A DNA stretch of 64,000 nt from positions 1 through 64,000 of IMG/VR virus record IMGVR_UViG_3300032249_000542. One strand, written 5' to 3'. The position numbers and the translations under genes were made by a program. Each line of letters begins with the position of its first letter. Position 1 is the first letter of the stretch. A model generated the notes under the pieces. It was not told the origin of the DNA. It worked only from the letters and a program-made list of their open reading frames with translations, and did no database searches. Shown one piece after another: positions 10,571-19,372 of this stretch. The DNA is from a virus.

Positions 10571-10678
10571 CAATTGTGACAGTTGTATTTAAAAACCTAG
10601 TTTAGATAGATATATCATCTAATCAAACAAATCGGTCACAACGATATGGTGACTCTGGAACCGTAACCAGAAACTACA

Positions 10679-11509
10679 ATGGATAAAACCTACCGCAGTA
10701 TCTTTATTTCAGATGTCCACCTTGGTTCAAAAGACTGTAAGGCTGGACATCTAAATAATTTCCTCAAGCATAATTCATGTGAATCATTATATCTTATTGG
10801 CGATATAATCGATGCATGGAAAATCAAAGAAAACAAATGGCGTTGGAAGCAATCACATACAAATGTGGTACGCAACGTCCTTGGTCATGCTAAACGTGGC
10901 ACAAAGGTTGTTTATGTCCTAGGCAATCATGATGAATTCCTCAGACCATACCTGCACTATGGATTAGGATTTGGATTATTAGAAGTTACAAATCAATGTG
11001 AACACATTGGTGCAGATGGTAAAAGATATCTTATAACTCATGGTGATCTATTTGATGGTATCACAAGACTGGCACCATGGCTATCCATATTAGGAGATAA
11101 AGCATATGATTTCGTTCTTGCTCTCAACTCTAGATTCAATTGGCTCCGTCATCGACTTGGTTTTGGCTATTGGTCTCTTAGCCTTTATCTTAAACAACGT
11201 GTAAAACGTGCCATAGATTTTATGTTCCAGTTCGAAAAGAATCTTGCTGGCTACTGTAAGAAAAAAGGTTATGATGGTGTGATCTGTGGCCACATACACA
11301 AAGCAGAGATAAAAGAAATTGATGGTGTAGTTTATATGAATGATGGTGATTGGGTTGAATCATGTACGGCATTAGTTGAACATCATGATGGACGATGGGA
11401 AATAATCTCATGGACACGGGAGAACGATAATGTGGTTAATGATACTGATAGCAGTACACCTAAACGATCCAAGCGATCAACCAGCAAGAATGACGATGGA
11501 GTTTCCTGA
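10679..11509 (+). CDS. plcP: PlcP-like phospholipase C (LpxH-family metallophosphoesterase)
   Basis: SDVHLG, GDIID, GNHDE, HGD, CGHIH and GDWVES motifs; GYWSLS segment as in PlcP; adjacent to a GT4 gene. Confidence 0.8.
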   Translation: MDKTYRSIFISDVHLGSKDCKAGHLNNFLKHNSCESLYLIGDIIDAWKIKENKWRWKQSHTNVVRNVLGHAKRGTKVVYVLGNHDEFLRPYLHYGLGFGLLEVTNQCEHIGADGKRYLITHGDLFDGITRLAPWLSILGDKAYDFVLALNSRFNWLRHRLGFGYWSLSLYLKQRVKRAIDFMFQFEKNLAGYCKKKGYDGVICGHIHKAEIKEIDGVVYMNDGDWVESCTALVEHHDGRWEIISWTRENDNVVNDTDSSTPKRSKRSTSKNDDGVS

Positions 11510-11606
11510 CCAGCAATCTTGTGAACAGGCCAAATCTAGTTTATCATACTGGGTAAAATTTAAGAATTTTAAAATTGAGGCATTATGTCAAAGAAAATCC
11601 TTGTAA
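11430..11606 (+). CDS. small hypothetical protein (58 aa)
   Basis: MWLMILIAVHLNDP...; bridges plcP and the GT4 gene, overlapping both. Confidence 0.4.
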   Translation: MWLMILIAVHLNDPSDQPARMTMEFPDQQSCEQAKSSLSYWVKFKNFKIEALCQRKSL

Positions 11607-12580
11607 TAACAGACAATGTTCCAGATCAAATCAACGGTGTCGTGGTCACTTTCAAAAGCATGGAGGAACATGCTCTTTTGGATGGCTATACTATTGTATA
11701 CCTTACTCCCCTTCAGTTCTTACATTTTAGTTGCCCAGGCTACCCTGAAGTTAAACTTGCCATTCCCTGGAACGTGGGGAAGAAAATTGAGGAGATATCT
11801 CCAGATTATATACACATCGCCACGGAAGGTCCTCTTGGTTTGTGTGCTAGACTTTATCTTGACAAACGGGGCTATCGTTACAATACTTCTTATCATACTA
11901 AATTCCCTGAATTTCTAAAAGCAATCTATGGTATACCTATGCCAATGACATGGGGTTATCTACGTTGGTTCCATAAACATTCAGGTAAGTTGTTGGTCAA
12001 TACAAGATCAATGAAAAAAGAGTTGGAAGGTAAAGGATTCACAGGTCCAATGGTTACATGGACTAGAGGTGTGGATAGAAATAAACTAAGACAAACTAAA
12101 CAGTATGATTATAGTGAAAGACCTATCGTATTATACGTTGGTCGTGTATCAAAAGAAAAGAACCTAGATGCATTGTGCGTAATGCAGGACACCTACGATA
12201 TTGAAATTGTTGGTGATGGTCCATACAGAAAAAAACTACAAGAGAAATATCCTAAGGTTAAATTTTTAGGATATCAGCAAGGTTCAGAGTTAGCCAACAG
12301 TTATGCAAGGGCTGATGTATTTTGTTTTCCAAGCAAATCAGATACATTTGGTATTGTGATGATTGAAGCAATGAGTTTAGGAACACCAGTTGCAGCATAT
12401 CCAGTTGATGGTCCATTAGATGTGATTGATGAATTCACAGGACACATGGATAATAATCTACACAAAGCAATTATGGTTTGCTTAGAGATGGACCGTAAAC
12501 TAGTCAAACAAGCATCTGGCATATGGACATGGGAACAATGCTGGTCTATCTTTAAAAACAATCTTGTAGAGATTATCTAA
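11585..12580 (+). CDS. GT4 glycosyltransferase, Agt-like glycolipid synthase
   Basis: TD..PDQINGV, HIATEGPLG, SYHTKFPE, YVGRVSKEKN, DTFGIVMIEAM. Confidence 0.85.
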   Translation: MSKKILVITDNVPDQINGVVVTFKSMEEHALLDGYTIVYLTPLQFLHFSCPGYPEVKLAIPWNVGKKIEEISPDYIHIATEGPLGLCARLYLDKRGYRYNTSYHTKFPEFLKAIYGIPMPMTWGYLRWFHKHSGKLLVNTRSMKKELEGKGFTGPMVTWTRGVDRNKLRQTKQYDYSERPIVLYVGRVSKEKNLDALCVMQDTYDIEIVGDGPYRKKLQEKYPKVKFLGYQQGSELANSYARADVFCFPSKSDTFGIVMIEAMSLGTPVAAYPVDGPLDVIDEFTGHMDNNLHKAIMVCLEMDRKLVKQASGIWTWEQCWSIFKNNLVEII

Positions 12581-12610
12581 ATAAATCATTCAAATTGAAA
12601 GAAAAAAATA

Positions 12611-13147
12611 ATGTCACATAACTCACAAATAGAATTTGTAAAGAGACTTAGAAACGAATTCCCTAAAAATTTCAATGAAATAAAAATGATGGAAGTTGGT
12701 AGTTTAGATATCAACGGAAGTATAAGGCATTTTTTTAATAACTGTGACTACGTTGGAGTTGATGTTGGCGAGGGTAAAGGTGTTGATTTAGTTTGTGGTG
12801 GACAAGAGGTAGACCATCCAGATGAAACATATGATACCATAGGTTCATGTAATTGCTTTGAACACAATCCTCATTGGGTAGAAACCTTTGCCAACATGTA
12901 TCGTATGGCAAAGAAAAATGCATTAGTCTTTATCTCAGTTCCAACTACAGGTAGAGCAGAACATGGTACTACAGCTGTATGTCCACAAGATAGTCCTTTG
13001 ACTATTGCCATTGGATGGGACTATTATAAGAATTTGACCGAACAAGATTTCCGTGAAAATTTCGATATAGATAATATGTTCAATTCGTATAAATTTCAGG
13101 TTGTTGATGATGACCATGATCTATTCTTTTACGGATTTAAAAAATAG
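12611..13147 (+). CDS. class I SAM-dependent methyltransferase
   Basis: EVGSLDING, GVD, CFEHNP. Confidence 0.8.
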   Translation: MSHNSQIEFVKRLRNEFPKNFNEIKMMEVGSLDINGSIRHFFNNCDYVGVDVGEGKGVDLVCGGQEVDHPDETYDTIGSCNCFEHNPHWVETFANMYRMAKKNALVFISVPTTGRAEHGTTAVCPQDSPLTIAIGWDYYKNLTEQDFRENFDIDNMFNSYKFQVVDDDHDLFFYGFKK

Positions 13148-13153
13148 GAAAGT

Positions 13154-13348
13154 GTGATGGATATAGATGATGAAGCCTTTAAGAAAACTGAGGCAGAAAC
13201 CGATGCAATACCAGAAGCTAAGGTTAGATACGACATTTGCAGGGAATGTGACAGATTATCCATTATAAGGCTATGTAAGGAATGTGGATGCTTTATGCCA
13301 CTAAAAGTTCGAATAAAATCAGTCACTTGCCCGCTTAAAAAATGGTAA
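13154..13348 (+). CDS. small Cys-rich (zinc-binding) protein
   Basis: CRECD...CKECGCFM...CPLKKW. Confidence 0.65.
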   Translation: MMDIDDEAFKKTEAETDAIPEAKVRYDICRECDRLSIIRLCKECGCFMPLKVRIKSVTCPLKKW

Positions 13349-13378
13349 TAAATAGTAATTTAAATTGAGAGGAAAAGT

Positions 13379-13825
13379 ATGAAAAAGTTATATACATTAG
13401 TAGGATTTTTGTTTCTTTGTTTGTTTTTACCAGCACAAGCAGCAAAAACACCAGAAGGTGTGACATATGATGCAGTTATTGTCCGTGTGAGTGATGGTGA
13501 CACCGTAGTTATTGCTGCACCATTCTTACCACCACCATTCAAACAAGAATTGGCTGTCCGTATCTATGGAGTTGACACACCAGAAAAAGGTCACCGTGCT
13601 CAATGTCCAAGTGAAGATCAACGTGGACAAGCAGCATCAGCATTCACTAAAAATGCAGTTAATAAATCAGTTAAACGTCAAGCAACACTTTACGGTTGGG
13701 ATAAGTTCGGTGGCCGTGTACTAGGTGATATTATACTTGATGGCCAGAGTTTACGTGCCATGTTAATTCAGAATGGCTTTGCTCGTGAATACTTTGGTGA
13801 GGCAAAACAATCTTGGTGTAACTAA
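13379..13825 (+). CDS. secreted thermonuclease (SNase family)
   Basis: Signal peptide; RVSDGDT, RIYGVDTPE, DKFGGRVLG. Confidence 0.88.
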   Translation: MKKLYTLVGFLFLCLFLPAQAAKTPEGVTYDAVIVRVSDGDTVVIAAPFLPPPFKQELAVRIYGVDTPEKGHRAQCPSEDQRGQAASAFTKNAVNKSVKRQATLYGWDKFGGRVLGDIILDGQSLRAMLIQNGFAREYFGEAKQSWCN

Positions 13826-13836
13826 GGAGAATTCAA

Positions 13837-13992
13837 TTGGTAAATGTAGACCATACCTGTGACGCATGTGGTTCAGCGTTTAGTATTCGTTATGAACCAG
13901 AGGATACTGAAACAGATCCATCACAATGTCCATTCTGTGGTGAATATATGCACATACCGGATGATGCATACGATGATGAGGAAGATGAATGA
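13837..13992 (+). CDS. small zinc-ribbon protein (51 aa)
   Basis: AAGGAG RBS, TTG start, CDACG...CPFCG, acidic tail. Confidence 0.65.
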   Translation: MVNVDHTCDACGSAFSIRYEPEDTETDPSQCPFCGEYMHIPDDAYDDEEDE

Positions 13993-14396
13993 CATGGTAC
14001 TATGAACATGCTTTAGGCGAGTTCGAAGAATCCCACATTGGTGACAACGTGGGATTTGTTTACTGCATCACCAACAATATCACAGGACAGAAGTATATTG
14101 GCAAAAAGTTATTTACCAAGTCAAAGACCAAACAAGTAAAAGGTAAAAAGAAAAAGTCTAGGGTTTCATCTGACTGGATGGATTACTATGGTTCTAGTGA
14201 AGTATTGAAAGAGGAAGTAAAACAGAATGGACCAGAGAATTATACTAGGGAAATTCTGCATCTATGCAAAACCCGTAGTTGGATGTCATATCACGAAACC
14301 TACGAAATATTCTCCCGTCATGCCCTATTGAGCGAGCATTATTATAATGGATGGGTATCCTGTCGCATACGTAAAGATCACCTGAAAAAGACTTGA
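13989..14396 (+). CDS. GIY-YIG family endonuclease
   Basis: GFVY...KYIGKK...YYGSS...YYN. Confidence 0.85.
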   Translation: MTWYYEHALGEFEESHIGDNVGFVYCITNNITGQKYIGKKLFTKSKTKQVKGKKKKSRVSSDWMDYYGSSEVLKEEVKQNGPENYTREILHLCKTRSWMSYHETYEIFSRHALLSEHYYNGWVSCRIRKDHLKKT

Positions 14397-14421
14397 CTTT
14401 TTGTGCATTGCATCATATAAT
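14393..14421 (+). promoter_or_regulatory. sigma70-type promoter with TGCATTGCA in its spacer
   Basis: TTGACT-17-TATAAT. Confidence 0.65.
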
Positions 14422-14449
14422 ATACTAAATAACAGTATAGGAGGGCGTA

Positions 14450-14596
14450 ATGCTAAAGAAAATTATAGACTGGTTCACAAGACCACAAATAACCGAAATA
14501 GAATACTATATTTCGTCACACAATCCAAAGAACACAGCGGATGTGGAGATGCTAATTAATGAATTTAACTACAAAAGGAAACTACAATGCTTTTAA
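14450..14596 (+). CDS. small hypothetical protein (48 aa, not in track)
   Basis: GGAGG RBS; MLKKIIDWFTRPQITEIEYYISS... Confidence 0.6.
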   Translation: MLKKIIDWFTRPQITEIEYYISSHNPKNTADVEMLINEFNYKRKLQCF

Positions 14597-14844
14597 ACAC
14601 ACCACAATTCCCTACATTTTACACATTTAATGATGTAGTGCGTAAATCAGAAAAAGCAGCAGTAAGGATGGTAGACTTACAAAAAGATATAAATGAGCTC
14701 ACTATTGCCTGTTTAGAGTCAATGACAGATGGATATTTAACTACATATACAAAGAAGATGTCCACCTTCAATACGAACATGGCTGAAGATGCAAAAAAAA
14801 TCATACAAACAGGTACGCAAAGTGTATCTGGAGATGCTAAGTAA
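14587..14844 (+). CDS. small helical protein (phasin-like candidate)
   Basis: AAGGA RBS; amphipathic helical composition; function inferred only. Confidence 0.5.
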   Translation: MLLNTPQFPTFYTFNDVVRKSEKAAVRMVDLQKDINELTIACLESMTDGYLTTYTKKMSTFNTNMAEDAKKIIQTGTQSVSGDAK

Positions 14845-15043
14845 ATCGAAGTCTTGGTCACCCATCGCAAGAAATGGATGGGTGATTAAATTCTCAATAA
14901 TTGGTGATGATATCCTACTGATATTTTTCTCTCAATACACCGCACAAACCATTATCCGTTATTTTAACAATGAGGATGATGCTATTCATTTTATTAATTA
15001 TATGCTGGTCCGTGATTCCTCTATACTCTCTGATTTTGCCTAA
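14834..15043 (+). CDS. hypothetical protein
   Basis: GGAG then ATG 14834 in the track frame. Confidence 0.5.
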   Translation: MLSKSKSWSPIARNGWVIKFSIIGDDILLIFFSQYTAQTIIRYFNNEDDAIHFINYMLVRDSSILSDFA

Positions 15044-15055
15044 TTAACAACAATC

Positions 15056-15119
15056 CGTTGTATTTCTACAACAAATCCTATCATTACCGCTTGACATTAT
15101 GGCCCACTCCTGCCATAAT
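15056..15119 (+). promoter_or_regulatory. early sigma70 promoter with upstream palindrome
   Basis: CGTTGT-N6-ACAACA at 15056-15073; TTGACA-17-CATAAT. Confidence 0.75.
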
Positions 15120-15125
15120 AGTAAC

Positions 15126-15440
15126 ATGATAAAGAAAAAACGAAATGACCGAAATTACGTTATCTATCTGGTAACTTGCCAAGATACTAACGATACCTAT
15201 ATTGGTGTCACAGTGGCAACAGGACGTGCCTTTTTGAAAAGTGTTAAAATACGCTGGCAAAAACACATGTCACGTGCCAAATGTGAAACAAAAAACTGGA
15301 ATCTTTGCAAATTCATAAGACGTAACAAAGATGCAACTTTCACATATGAAATCCTAGAGGTAGTCCGTGGTCGGAAAAATGCCTATGCGATAGAACGTGG
15401 TTACATTTATGACAATGAACCCACGTTGAATACGTTTTAA
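15126..15440 (+). CDS. GIY-YIG-like nuclease
   Basis: VIY...YIG...R..H...E...LN pattern; ATG 6 nt after the -10. Confidence 0.7.
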   Translation: MIKKKRNDRNYVIYLVTCQDTNDTYIGVTVATGRAFLKSVKIRWQKHMSRAKCETKNWNLCKFIRRNKDATFTYEILEVVRGRKNAYAIERGYIYDNEPTLNTF

Positions 15441-15453
15441 CCGAATGTTCCGC

Positions 15454-15482
15454 TTGACATTAATAGCCCATCCCTGTATAAT
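15454..15482 (+). promoter_or_regulatory. early sigma70 promoter
   Basis: Perfect TTGACA-17-TATAAT followed by the conserved leader GATTGTATTGAGTGAGAAATAAGGAG. Confidence 0.85.
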
Positions 15483-15514
15483 GATTGTATTGAGTGAGAA
15501 ATAAGGAGAAACAA

Positions 15515-15727
15515 ATGTCACAAGTTATTAGTTATGAAACAGCATTGGAAATGTATGATTCCATGCTGAATGAATGTAACCCAGTGGTTAAAATCGGTTA
15601 CATCGAATTTGACCCTGCTTATGCGTTGAAGGAATTAGATCCTATCGCATACAATGTAGGTTTTTCTGATTATTGCGCTGACTTAGAGTCGGACGATATC
15701 TTTATTGGAGATGAATATTATGTCTAA
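15515..15727 (+). CDS. small acidic early protein
   Basis: TAAGGAG RBS; strongly Asp/Glu-rich. Confidence 0.7.
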   Translation: MSQVISYETALEMYDSMLNECNPVVKIGYIEFDPAYALKELDPIAYNVGFSDYCADLESDDIFIGDEYYV

Positions 15728-15986
15728 GCAAATGTTTGGTATGTCCGAGAGTGACATCCGTGAGCAGTATATTAATAGCCTCACCGCACGATTAAGCGGG
15801 TTGGAGATGGTAGTTGCTGGTATCCTTAGTGATTGTCAAGAGGAATTGGCTGCTGCTGATAAAAATGAATTTAGAGACCAAAATAGTTTCGAAGCAAAGC
15901 GCCGAGAGCGTATCCGTAAGCAATTAAACGTAGCCAAGTTCATTTTGTTTGAGATGATGGACGTTGAAAAAATAGATGAGCGTTAG
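15720..15986 (+). CDS. hypothetical protein
   Basis: GGAG RBS; coupled ORF. Confidence 0.6.
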   Translation: MSKQMFGMSESDIREQYINSLTARLSGLEMVVAGILSDCQEELAAADKNEFRDQNSFEAKRRERIRKQLNVAKFILFEMMDVEKIDER

Positions 15987-15996
15987 GAGTAGTATA

Positions 15997-16377
15997 ATGG
16001 AAAAACTTTTGTGTAATCGAATTCGTACCCCCGATGGTACAATTCTAGAATCGATGCACCGTCATGACTATGTAACCTATACCGATGCAAACGGCAAGGA
16101 ATACATGGTCGATGGTGGTTTAGATTATCTCCGTCGGAATGTCCATGAGGATGCACCTTATGAGGAATTGTCGTTATATTGCAATTCTGACCATGAGGTT
16201 ATACGTGAATGCTTCAAGTGGGGAACACGTGGCAAAGATGGTAAACAACCACTAACATGGCTTGTGCTGAAAGATATGAAAACCGATCATATCGAAGCAA
16301 TACTTGAAACACAAACTGGATTGCGTGACCACATCCGTCAAGTTTTTATTAATGAATTAAATTTTAGAGGAAATTAA
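15997..16377 (+). CDS. conserved phage hypothetical protein
   Basis: AGGAG RBS; ES.HRHDY...VDGG.DYLRR motif. Confidence 0.7.
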   Translation: MEKLLCNRIRTPDGTILESMHRHDYVTYTDANGKEYMVDGGLDYLRRNVHEDAPYEELSLYCNSDHEVIRECFKWGTRGKDGKQPLTWLVLKDMKTDHIEAILETQTGLRDHIRQVFINELNFRGN

Positions 16378-16378
16378 A

Positions 16379-16630
16379 ATGAGTGCATTTAAGGATATGT
16401 TGATTGACATTCAAGAATCAATCGAGCGTGGTACAATGACGTACCAACAAATTGCTAATATGTACGGCATTCCTGTTAAGGACGTTATGCTGATAGCCGA
16501 GGAATTGATGGATCAATTTGATGATTCACAATTTGACGATTCTATGGACGGTGATTTTGATTCGGCCATGGCAAGTGCAGGTATGGGTACTGACGAGGAC
16601 TATGGTTATTTTGGCATGGAGGACGAATAA
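16379..16630 (+). CDS. very acidic small protein
   Basis: GAGG RBS; DDSMDGDFDSAMASAGMGTDEDYG. Confidence 0.7.
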   Translation: MSAFKDMLIDIQESIERGTMTYQQIANMYGIPVKDVMLIAEELMDQFDDSQFDDSMDGDFDSAMASAGMGTDEDYGYFGMEDE

Positions 16631-16842
16631 TGTTTATTGCCAAACCTAACCTAAATAACACCATGGGAACAGCCGAGTTCCCTACTGAAAAGGAAGCCAT
16701 CGAGTATCTGGAGAAATATACAGGTATCGAGATGGACTTTGAGGTAGTGCGAAGAAAAGACAAAACGACCGGTAAGAGCAAGGTGATATCACGTACCTCG
16801 GACTGGTATTTACTAGGAAAATTAACCAAATCCAATGGATGA
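16630..16842 (+). CDS. hypothetical protein
   Basis: TAATG coupling. Confidence 0.55.
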   Translation: MFIAKPNLNNTMGTAEFPTEKEAIEYLEKYTGIEMDFEVVRRKDKTTGKSKVISRTSDWYLLGKLTKSNG

Positions 16843-17098
16843 CAATCAAGACGACCTCAAGAAACAATTAGAGGCTCACAAACCTAAAAAGAAAAAACTT
16901 ACAGTACCAGAAGGATTCCTCGAGGAAGCAAAATCATACGAGGGTAAACTCATGGCTGTCAAGATTATAGCAGAGCGAGAGAAATCCAGAGTTCTTTTGA
17001 TGATTAAAAAGATGCTCGAACCTCAACCTGAACCACCGAAAAAACGTATTGAACCAACGCTAGAACCACTTAAACCCGTCACTAAAAAGAAAAAATAA
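16835..17098 (+). CDS. hypothetical basic protein
   Basis: Coupled ORF. Confidence 0.55.
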   Translation: MDDNQDDLKKQLEAHKPKKKKLTVPEGFLEEAKSYEGKLMAVKIIAEREKSRVLLMIKKMLEPQPEPPKKRIEPTLEPLKPVTKKKK

Positions 17099-17100
17099 TT

Positions 17101-17682
17101 ATGTTCATGTTTGACATTGAAACCCTGGGAGTCGATTCTAATGCTGTGATATTATCATTGGCATGTATCTACTTTGATCCCGATTCTAATCCAACCTACA
17201 AGGAATTGAAAGAATCCGCATTTTTCGTCAAATTGAACGCCAAGGATCAGGTAGAACGACTAGGACGGAAAATTGACCGTGATACCGTCGCTTGGTGGGC
17301 TAAGCAATGTGATAATGTAAAAATCAAGTCATTGAAACCGTCACCGAATGACGTACTACCAGAACGAGCGATTGGTATGCTACGTGAATGGGCTGACAGT
17401 AAAAACGACAAAAAATGCTACGTATGGGCTCGAGGTAACCTAGATGAACTATTATATCGTGCTCTAGAATTTCAGATTACTGGTAACCGTGATGATACGG
17501 TATTTGCGTATAATCGCTGGCGAGACGTCCGCACGGCCGTAGATTTTCTGACTGGTTCAAGCAATGGTTACTGTAAGGTTGACCATCCTGAATTTAATAG
17601 TGAAATTGACGTGACCAAGCATGATCCCGTTGATGATTGTGCTCTGGACATTATGATGCTAATTTATGGAGTGAAAAAATGA
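17101..17682 (+). CDS. DEDD 3'-5' exonuclease (DexA-like)
   Basis: FDIETLG, WARGN, RDVRT, H.PVDD. Confidence 0.8.
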   Translation: MFMFDIETLGVDSNAVILSLACIYFDPDSNPTYKELKESAFFVKLNAKDQVERLGRKIDRDTVAWWAKQCDNVKIKSLKPSPNDVLPERAIGMLREWADSKNDKKCYVWARGNLDELLYRALEFQITGNRDDTVFAYNRWRDVRTAVDFLTGSSNGYCKVDHPEFNSEIDVTKHDPVDDCALDIMMLIYGVKK

Positions 17683-17885
17683 AAAATGTATACGTGGTAA
17701 TAGAACACATACCGTATGAGGGTGATACGGTCATGCGAGTGTATGAAAACAAGGATGATGCTGAAGCTCATGCTAAGTATCTAGAGGAGTCCGAGACCTC
17801 AGGATATTTTGAGTATAAAGTGATGGAAGAAAAATTATGGGTTCACGTACCAGAATGGTCACTAGCCAATGATGACCATAGATGA
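17679..17885 (+). CDS. hypothetical protein
   Basis: GGAG RBS, ATGA overlap. Confidence 0.55.
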   Translation: MKNVYVVIEHIPYEGDTVMRVYENKDDAEAHAKYLEESETSGYFEYKVMEEKLWVHVPEWSLANDDHR

Positions 17886-18195
17886 TTACAAGTCCTTGAC
17901 GGACCCAACCTTTGTGAGACCGGTCAATTTTTATGTTGTCGCTGGTAATTATAACGAATACCTAGAGTATGCGAAAAACCATGCTGTAAAGTATCCAGAT
18001 GAAAAGAGACGGATATTATTTGTTCAAGACCAAGAGACTTTTCGTGGTACAGAAAATCCTGAGGGTATACTGATTGGTACATGGCGTAACCGATTAGATA
18101 TAGATCAAGTCCTATATGCTCTATACTTGGCCAAGAAAGATAAAGAAGAATCCAAGAAAATAAGAGACTTATTTAAGAGGATTAATTTGCCATGA
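17869..18195 (+). CDS. hypothetical protein
   Basis: ORF in co-directional run. Confidence 0.55.
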   Translation: MMTIDDYKSLTDPTFVRPVNFYVVAGNYNEYLEYAKNHAVKYPDEKRRILFVQDQETFRGTENPEGILIGTWRNRLDIDQVLYALYLAKKDKEESKKIRDLFKRINLP

Positions 18196-18265
18196 ACGAA
18201 GTAATAATCTCCGGTATCATTACAGTTCTAATGATAGCCATTCTATTCTACGTCGGTCTAACCCT

Positions 18266-18493
18266 ATGAGATCAATAATATTCCTAAGTAAAGAAAAAAT
18301 ACATTCGACCACTGGTAATGCATCTGGCTATAAGCATACATTCATAGCACCATTCCATCTTTCAATGGATGACCATTCATTACCTTTCAAGGAATTATCT
18401 AATAGAATGGCTATGGCATTACAGAGAAATAATATGTTACTTCAGCAATCAAACTGGGATGAAATGACTATCCTTTACACTAAGTTAAAATGA
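18266..18493 (+). CDS. hypothetical protein
   Basis: ORF in co-directional run. Confidence 0.45.
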   Translation: MRSIIFLSKEKIHSTTGNASGYKHTFIAPFHLSMDDHSLPFKELSNRMAMALQRNNMLLQQSNWDEMTILYTKLK

Positions 18494-18798
18494 CCGACAG
18501 ATATAAAGAAAAGACCTGTCCAAACTGTAATAAAACGCATAAAAAACGTGGTATATACTGTGGTCAATCCTGCGCTAATGCTATGCGTGATATATCCGAT
18601 GAAACAAAGAAAAAACACGCTCAGAATACAGTAGAATACTATAGAACACCAGAGGGAATTGCGAGTGCTAGACTTGCTTCCATTAGAATGACGACCGGTG
18701 ATAATATAACAGTCGAGGACTTTGCTATCGATATACCAGAATTCCGTGAGATCAACGAAGCAGACTATGGCCAATGGGATAAAGCAGAGGATTGGTAA
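18490..18798 (+). CDS. zinc-finger protein
   Basis: CPNC...YCGQSC. Confidence 0.65.
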   Translation: MTDRYKEKTCPNCNKTHKKRGIYCGQSCANAMRDISDETKKKHAQNTVEYYRTPEGIASARLASIRMTTGDNITVEDFAIDIPEFREINEADYGQWDKAEDW

Positions 18799-18841
18799 GC
18801 TGTAGTAACTGAAGCGGTCGGGCTGCTGTCCAAATTGCCTC

Positions 18842-18862
18842 AAATGCGAATGATTCTCATTT
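18842..18862. promoter_or_regulatory. Fur-box-like palindrome
   Basis: AAATGCGAAT-G-ATTCTCATTT, one mismatch from a perfect 10-1-10 palindrome; intergenic. Confidence 0.55.
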
Positions 18863-18964
18863 ACTAAATGGACTAGGGGGAACGACGGATTATTACTAGT
18901 TTGGCAAGTGACCCAGGGTGTTTCCATTATATTATGTCAAGCGATTTGCGGTGACGACCCAGGA

Positions 18965-19041
18965 TGTTGCGGAAATACAACGAATCTTTTTCATTTTTCT
19001 TCCATTTAGTGGTTGACATAAAGGCCCACTTTGGATATAAT
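18965..19041 (+). promoter_or_regulatory. early sigma70 promoter with upstream palindrome
   Basis: TGTTGC-N6-ACAACG at 18965-18982; TTGACA(19013)-17-TATAAT. Confidence 0.8.
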
Positions 19042-19074
19042 GTTTATATTGAGTGAGAAATAAGGAGTGCCGAA

Positions 19075-19218
19075 ATGTTAACCAATACTGATAGAATTGT
19101 GACAATGATGCTGGCGGATGTTGCCATAAGTGACATTGCTGTCCGACTTGCCATTACTGAAACAGAAGTTGTCGAAGTAATAAGAGAAACCCTAAAAGAA
19201 TTAATTCTTGGTGAATAA
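19075..19218 (+). CDS. small hypothetical protein (47 aa)
   Basis: TAAGGAG RBS after the early promoter. Confidence 0.55.
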   Translation: MLTNTDRIVTMMLADVAISDIAVRLAITETEVVEVIRETLKELILGE

Positions 19219-19310
19219 AATGGAAACTATTGAAATTGTGTTTTTATTGGCAACTATTGTCGGTGCGGTATATATTTTGATGGACGCTCTATTTGACCGC
19301 AACTAAACGC

Positions 19311-19339
19311 TTGACATAAAGCGGACCTTTTGATATAAT
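19311..19339 (+). promoter_or_regulatory. early sigma70 promoter
   Basis: TTGACA-17-TATAAT. Confidence 0.85.
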
Positions 19340-19372
19340 GATTGTGTTGAATAAATGATTAAGGAGAAACAA

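Noticed and set aside
10567-10582. Pho box upstream of plcP (reverse strand CTGTCAC-AA-TTGTCAT)
   Set aside because: The half-sites are 9 nt apart rather than 11, and are oriented away from the gene.
10634-10663. SAM/SAH riboswitch (GGTCACAACG...GTGAC resemblance)
   Set aside because: Lacks the CTTCC core and the pseudoknot partner.
13989-15440. GIY-YIG genes as intron-encoded mobile elements
   Set aside because: Free-standing and short, with no interrupted host gene or intron structure; mobility cannot be supported.
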